Below are positions 58,492 to 64,000 of a DNA stretch of 64,000 bases, piece after piece. Each line of letters begins with the position of its first letter. The first letter of the stretch is position 1. The position numbers were made by a program, and so were the translations under genes. Below the pieces are notes generated by a model. That model was given only the letters and a program-made list of their open reading frames with translations, was not told the DNA's origin and searched no databases. The DNA is from Vermamoeba vermiformis (taxonomy: Eukaryota). The stretch lies in NCBI GenBank assembly GCA_045837725.1, contig JBEWZL010000155.1:1-64000 (forward strand), in the 5' to 3' direction.

Positions 58492-59892
58492 ATGAAGACC
58501 TCGTTGGTTATTTGCTGCCTTATTGCTGCAGCTTTTTTCGTCAGCGCCATCCAAGCGCAATCAACTCTCTGCCCAACTCTTGCAGTAAGAGCTGTTGGCG
58601 GTGATAAGACCGAACAAACCTTCGTTTCTTTGTGGGTTAATGCTAGCTTTGCTGCCTATGCGAATAATACTCAATTTGGCTCATACTTTGTCAACGCAAG
58701 TGACGCAACTCTATCTGCTCACGTAAGCTTTTATGCAAGGTAAGTCAAATAATTAATATATATTTATGCAAGTTCTTATTTTTATTCATTTGATTTTGCA
58801 ATAGAAATAGTTTTTGTTCCAAAAGAGTCTGAAATTGATCTAGATCGCAAAATCTTTTGTTTCGAACATTGACAACCTTTTGTTCTCGCAATTTCACTAA
58901 TAGGTACTATTTTATATAGTCTCATTGGATGCACTGAAGCCTTCACTCCTGTTGCAAATGATAACATGACGGATGTGCACGCCAACTTTACTATTCCCGC
59001 CGCGGATTTTGAAGCCTACGTTGAACTGACGCGCCAAGCCCTTCAAACAGTAGTTCCTGACCTGACTGTTGCTGAAGCTACTCAATTCTACCAAATCTTC
59101 GAATCTTTCCACGAATCTAATTCGACCAAGCTGATCTGCAACCAAGCTGACTGCCAATCCGTTGAAACTGTCACTATTAGTGGTACCACTGAACCTATTG
59201 CATTCGGCGATTTATATATCCCTATCTCCGCCACATCTTTGACGGTAGATAACCCAACCACTTTTTCAGTCAAACTTTATTACATGCCTTCAAATTCAAC
59301 TGCATGCGCCTCATCAGTCTCATTACAAGATATACTTCCCGAAGTAATGGGCCAAACTCTTGATCTTCCGTTCACTGAAACAGGGATCTACTACATCTAC
59401 CAAGTCACTATTGCGGCCACAGAGTGCTTCTTGAACACGACTGTATTCAACACTAGTGTGCTCATTGTGGACTTTACTTTGCCTCCTGTCTTGCCTCCAG
59501 TCGACACTCCCATTGCACCGCCAGTAGAGCCTCCAGTCAGCAATGTCACCGAGCCTATTGCTCCTCCAGTCAGCAACGACACAGCCCCTGTCACTGAGCC
59601 CATTGCACCGCCCGTGAACAACGACACCGTGCCCGTCTCTCCCCCTGTCGTTGAGCCCCCTGTCACTCCCCCCGTTGCCGAAGTGCCAGTAGATGCACCA
59701 GTCACTGCCGTGCCCATTTCAGCGCCAGCCTCTGACGGCAATGTTACGCCCGCAGCTGCGAATGAAAAGTTCGAAGCAGGTGGTTATATTGCAGGTATTG
59801 TCATCTTAGTGCTCATCGTGATTGGTCTGCTTATTGCGGTCATTGTTATGGGTGTCAAATTGCGACGAAACAGCACCGTAGTTGTTGCTTAA
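58492..59892 (+). CDS. Type-I membrane protein with extracellular truncated-haemoglobin (2/2 globin)-like domain, beta-rich domain, Pro-rich stalk and TM helix
   Basis: Exons 58492..58739 and 58920..59892. Signal peptide, then ...QFGSYF...LSAHVSFYASLIGC...MTDVHANFTIPAADFEAYVELTRQAL, which aligns by eye to group-I trHb. TM GYIAGIVILVLIVIGLLIAVIVMGV followed by KLRR. Confidence 0.75.
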
Positions 59893-60331
59893 AACAAGCT
59901 AATAATATAGTATTGTAGCAAGCAAAACAAACGTAAAACATTATTTATTTTCAAAAACGTACTTCTTCAGACAACGAAATAGCGGAATATTCCGGTCGCT
60001 GCAGCTCAGTGGAGCGAGAGCGAAGACCGATGCGGCTATGATGTTAGCAGTGTCCTGGTTTAAACTCTTGGATAGTCAAAGAACAAAAGAGACTGATGAC
60101 TAGGGTCGAGTATAAGAGCCAAGTATTTCAGCAACTTGCTTATTGCAATTGTTCCAAAAGCAGTGCAAATGGCTGTACCATCTTTGGAATGACATCCATG
60201 GCCGAAGACAAGACAGAGACCTTGATAGAAGACCAATACCAAGCTACCTACTGCTAGGTTCTGGTAGTCACCAGGTAATCAAAGGGGGTTTTGTGGTTTA
60301 ACAGTCCATGCTTTATTGATTCAAAACCTTC

Positions 60332-62099
60332 TTATAATGCCTCTTCGTCTTCTTCATTCGGATCGCCAATAAAAACTATGTTGAAAGGCAATCTGGCTTT
60401 GAGATCCTTACGGTAACCACGCCAATAGGTTAACTCCATTACTTGTGTTAGTTTAGCAAAGTCATTGATGGTATCATCGCTAGGAGCATCACTGAACAAA
60501 AGACTGCCCAGATTCGGAAGTCGTTCAAGACTGGGGATCATCTCTAAAAAAGGAGAAATTTGATTAAACTGATGCTAATGATATATAAATTACCTTTTGG
60601 AGCTATAGGAAGCATAACAAGCGCAGTAAGACGAGTCAGTTGCGTGATCCAACGAGCCATCAAAGTCGCATTGAAGTTGTTATGATCGCACTCAAGACGT
60701 TTAAGTTTAGTTAGGCCACAAATAGTCGTAATATTCTCTTCTGTCACTTCGTTTGATGTACCAAGGTGTTCTAAGCTTGGTGGCAAAGCTGACATTTTGA
60801 AGCCTTTTCCGCGAAAGACAAAAGAAGTTAAGTTCGTAAAATGTGATAATTCTGCCGTTTCCATCTTCGTATCAATTTCTAACTCCATTAGCGTCGTTAA
60901 TTTCGTTAAATAGCCAAAATCGAGATTTCCGTCAAAATTGCTGATACTCAGCCGGGTCAGATGCGATAGCTGACCAATGAAAGAAGCGTCTGCCAAATAC
61001 TCTTCTTGATTGAAATCCCATGGATAAGTCAGAGTCAAGTTGGATAAATTCGGCAAACTGTAAAGTAGTTTCAGACTCGTGGATTTGATCCCTGGGTTGT
61101 GATGCATTACAAGCCTTTGCAAATTGGTCAAGTTCGTTATCTTTGTGAACGATTGGTCGGTAATATTGCTACTATTGTGGGCAATTTCAAGGCATTGGAG
61201 TTGTGTTAAGCCCATCACATCTGGCCACATGGCGTCATCCAAATTGTCGCAGAATGAAAGGGCCAAGCTCTTCAGCTGAGTCAATAAATTTACTCCAATA
61301 ACTAAAAAATAAGGTTAGTAATTAGAGTTTTAATGACCAAACTTAACGTTCAATTTCAAGTCCGGATTTGGTTATCGATAAGCTTCGAACGAAAGTTTAA
61401 ATTTAAATATTATTTTATGTTCTACTTACGCTTGCTATCTGTTCGAATCCTAAGCATCGTTAATCTCGTGTGATCAATGAAAAATTGGCCAATATTGAAG
61501 TTTTGCTCGACTTCAGCAGTGTACCAATTCAACATTTGCAATTGAATGTTCTTCAATATTAAATCATTAACGCTACTGCTGCTTTTTTTGAATTTTTTAT
61601 CAGGAAAATTGAAGTCTACTGTCAACGAGTGCAGATTCGTAAGTTTTGAATGCTTGAGAGACTCGAGCTGTTGCAGCAATAGAGGAACTTTAGTCTTCTC
61701 AGATTGAAATGCTTGTTCGCTGGGCTGGTAAACTAGATATAAATTGCAAACGTGAGACAGATCTCGAGCCAAAACCGAAGAAAAAGCGTCGATCGGCCAC
61801 CCGTGTTCAACTGATATTTCTTGGCAGCATGTCCACGTTAAATCGAGCATATTTTTCGCTGTCATGCCAAATCTAAATGTAAACGATCAAAATAAATATC
61901 GAAAAAATCAAATCCGAATTTTTCCCTCGAACAATTAAATAGCTAATGCACTCCGTTCACACGCTAATCGTACCTTTTTAATATTTCAAAAAATAAATAT
62001 TATGATATCGTAATTTTACCTTAAAACGTCAGGCAAACTTAAATTATTCCAGATGGTGCGAAGCACATCCAACGGCAACTCCAGCAAATTATGGCCCAT
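60332..62099 (-). CDS. F-box / LRR protein
   Basis: MGHNLLELPLDVLRTIWNNLSLPDVLR F-box and many LTxLxxLxL repeats. Confidence 0.85.
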
Positions 62100-62295
62100 A
62101 TGCGGCAACTAATTAATTTGTGGTGGATATGACTTCAACAAATAAATTCTAAACTTGTGGGTTGGTGCAGAGTATTTTGTAGGTAGAAGCCCTGGTTGAG
62201 TTACTGACAGATCCACATAGGGCTGCTAAAACTTGCTAATAGTTACGTTAAGTCTTTATAATTTATTCATTTAGTGGTTACACAAGGTATGTCGC

Positions 62296-63543
62296 TTAAT
62301 TTTTTATGAGAGAAGCAAGATCCGGCTTCTTTCTGTTCTTCGAAGGCGAGTCCGTTGTTGTATTCGTTGCTAACACGTACTCGACTGCTTCTTTCGCTGA
62401 TGAAGTTCTATGTACGATGAAATATTGTTGCAACGCTGCCGTGCTCATGTGCTTGAAGTTGTTACGGATTTGGATCACCCGATCAACAAAGTCTTTAGCG
62501 AGACCAGCTTCAGCTTGAGGGTAGTACTGCTTGAACATTTGCTCTATCTGTTCGTCGGTGATTACTGCAGGGTATTCTAGCTGCATGTCTACTCGACCAG
62601 GGCGAATTAAAGCCGGATCCAATTTTTCAATGTGATTTGTAGTCAACACAAAAATTGATGCGTCTTTGCCGCCTATTCCATCGAGCGCGTTTAATAGTCC
62701 ACTAAAAGATAATGGAATATTTTCCAACTTTGTGCGATCTGAGCCGAAAAGAGCATCCACATCTTCCAAAACGACCACGGATTTGTTCGGAACTGTTTGC
62801 AAAGCTTTCTTTAATAATGAATCGGTCATCTTCGGGTCCGATACGTGCAAGTAAGCCACATTTCTGTCGGTATAGGACGCTAAGGCAGTAATAGTGGATG
62901 TCTTGCCAGTACCAGGTGGACCATAAAACAAATACGACCGCTTATATGGAATGCAATGCGTAGCATACCAACGAGCAGTCTCTTTGCCTAAGAAGTTGTT
63001 CACGTCGTCGAGAAGTTGTTCTTTGAGATCTGCAGGCAAGATGACGGATTCCATCGTTCTTTTTCGCTTGATTATTGAGCGAGACCAGCACTGATTGTTG
63101 ACATTAAATGCATATACCGAAAATACGGTATTGTTGGTATGATTGTCCCATGCAGTGACTTTGTCGATAAAAGATTTTAGCACATCCAACTTTGTCGTGC
63201 CTTCCATAAGTAGCACTAGTGTCGTAAGATATTGCGGACCCATAACTGGCTTGCCATGAACTGCGTGAATGAAGTGTATAGTATTGCCTTCGTAGTCAAT
63301 CTTGAAGGTGCCCAAGCCCAAAGAAAAGCTGCATCCGTTTGATTTTTCTTCGTCTTCTGGATCTATCGTTGATAAAGTACCAATGCGCACGCTCTTCTTG
63401 CAACCACAGACGTTGGTCAAGTACTTGCATATAGAAGAGTAAGAAGATTCTGTTGATTTGAGTTCTAAAGACGTGCACTGATCGGGATCGAGGTTAATCG
63501 ATCTGATTGATTCTAAGCTGTAAGGATAATATGATGTATTCAT
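62296..63543 (-). CDS. BCS1-like AAA+ ATPase, intronless
   Basis: WYATHCIPYKRSYLFYGPPGTGKTS, VVVLEDVDALF, LSFSGLLNALDG and TTNHIEKLDPALIRPGRVD. First ATG is at 63543. Confidence 0.88.
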   Translation of the reverse strand: MNTSYYPYSLESIRSINLDPDQCTSLELKSTESSYSSICKYLTNVCGCKKSVRIGTLSTIDPEDEEKSNGCSFSLGLGTFKIDYEGNTIHFIHAVHGKPVMGPQYLTTLVLLMEGTTKLDVLKSFIDKVTAWDNHTNNTVFSVYAFNVNNQCWSRSIIKRKRTMESVILPADLKEQLLDDVNNFLGKETARWYATHCIPYKRSYLFYGPPGTGKTSTITALASYTDRNVAYLHVSDPKMTDSLLKKALQTVPNKSVVVLEDVDALFGSDRTKLENIPLSFSGLLNALDGIGGKDASIFVLTTNHIEKLDPALIRPGRVDMQLEYPAVITDEQIEQMFKQYYPQAEAGLAKDFVDRVIQIRNNFKHMSTAALQQYFIVHRTSSAKEAVEYVLATNTTTDSPSKNRKKPDLASLIKN

Positions 63544-63653
63544 GTTGCTGGCTTCTGGTGGATTAATAATTAGCACGAAAATAATGGTGCGTCGTGCCTT
63601 TTTCTGCCTTTTGCTCTGGTTTTTCTGGCCAATTTTCCTGCGCAAAATAATTC

Positions 63654-63935
63654 CTAGAAACGAACAGTTGTGAACTTTTGAACAGCAGTTGTGGTTGTGT
63701 GACGCGGCAAGCAATGTCTTGGCGCTTTCTGCTCATTCATCAGCCCATAAAAATAGGAAGGCCGTACCTACATAATATTAGTTACAAATAATGAAATGGT
63801 GCGTGATAACAGTTGTAAACAACAAATTGCGGATATTAATAATCTGTTTGTAATTGTAAAAATTAAAAATCAAAAATAATTAAAATAGCCTACCGTCAGA
63901 AACACCAAACAGTAAATACAAAGCACAAAAATTCT
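63654..63935 (-). CDS. Probable 3' end of a membrane-protein gene running off the window
   Basis: Spliced across an intron at about 63768..63893: IFVLCIYCLVFLT|VRPSYFYGLMNEQKAPRHCLPRH...VRF*. Confidence 0.4.
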
Positions 63936-64000
63936 TCATAGAATTAGCGTATTAAATAAATTTAGCCAGAAAAAACGCAAGGCATCCAATTATTGAAGTT

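Noticed and set aside
59995-60078. Functional tRNA gene
   Set aside because: A D-arm-like stem is present, but there is no acceptor or anticodon stem pairing and the T-loop lacks TTC.
60093-60125. Hammerhead ribozyme core CTGATGA
   Set aside because: No stem II followed by GAAA.
60100-60280. U1 snRNA on the minus strand (ATTACCTGG and a hairpin loop containing TTGCACT)
   Set aside because: The 5' end is not ACTTACCTGG, the loop I GATCACGAAG and the Sm site are absent, and the spacing is wrong.
63544-63714. N-terminal extension of the 472-aa AAA ORF
   Set aside because: It starts at a non-ATG codon and overlaps the probable 3' end of the upstream gene; first ATG is at 63543.

Overview
AT-rich, gene-dense eukaryotic genomic DNA, most likely a protist (amoebozoan-like is only an impression). 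Genes carry many short GT-AG spliceosomal introns with CTAAC/CTAAT-type branch points and use the standard genetic code. I reconstructed about 27 intron-split genes by hand. Recognisable housekeeping genes: NT5DC nucleotidase, DsbA/FrnE, listerin LTN1, eIF2-gamma, enoyl-CoA hydratase, HACD/PHS1, TruB, a STE-type kinase, PhoD and a BCS1-like AAA ATPase. There are also six F-box genes, an ARM-BTB gene and a divergent SMC2-like gene. The most unusual items are: (i) a type-I membrane protein with an extracellular truncated-haemoglobin-like domain on a Pro-rich stalk; (ii) a fusion of an OB-fold-like domain, a degenerate Nudix domain and a COG0523 metallochaperone GTPase; (iii) a prenylated Ras-like pseudo-GTPase; (iv) tandem F-box/LRR/TRAF-zinc-finger paralogues; (v) a dispersed, mostly intronic TGACAC palindrome and a visible excess of GATC words in non-coding DNA. 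No rRNA, convincing tRNA, CRISPR array or autonomous transposon was seen. Gene coordinates are whole-gene spans including introns. All domain calls are by eye, with no database search.
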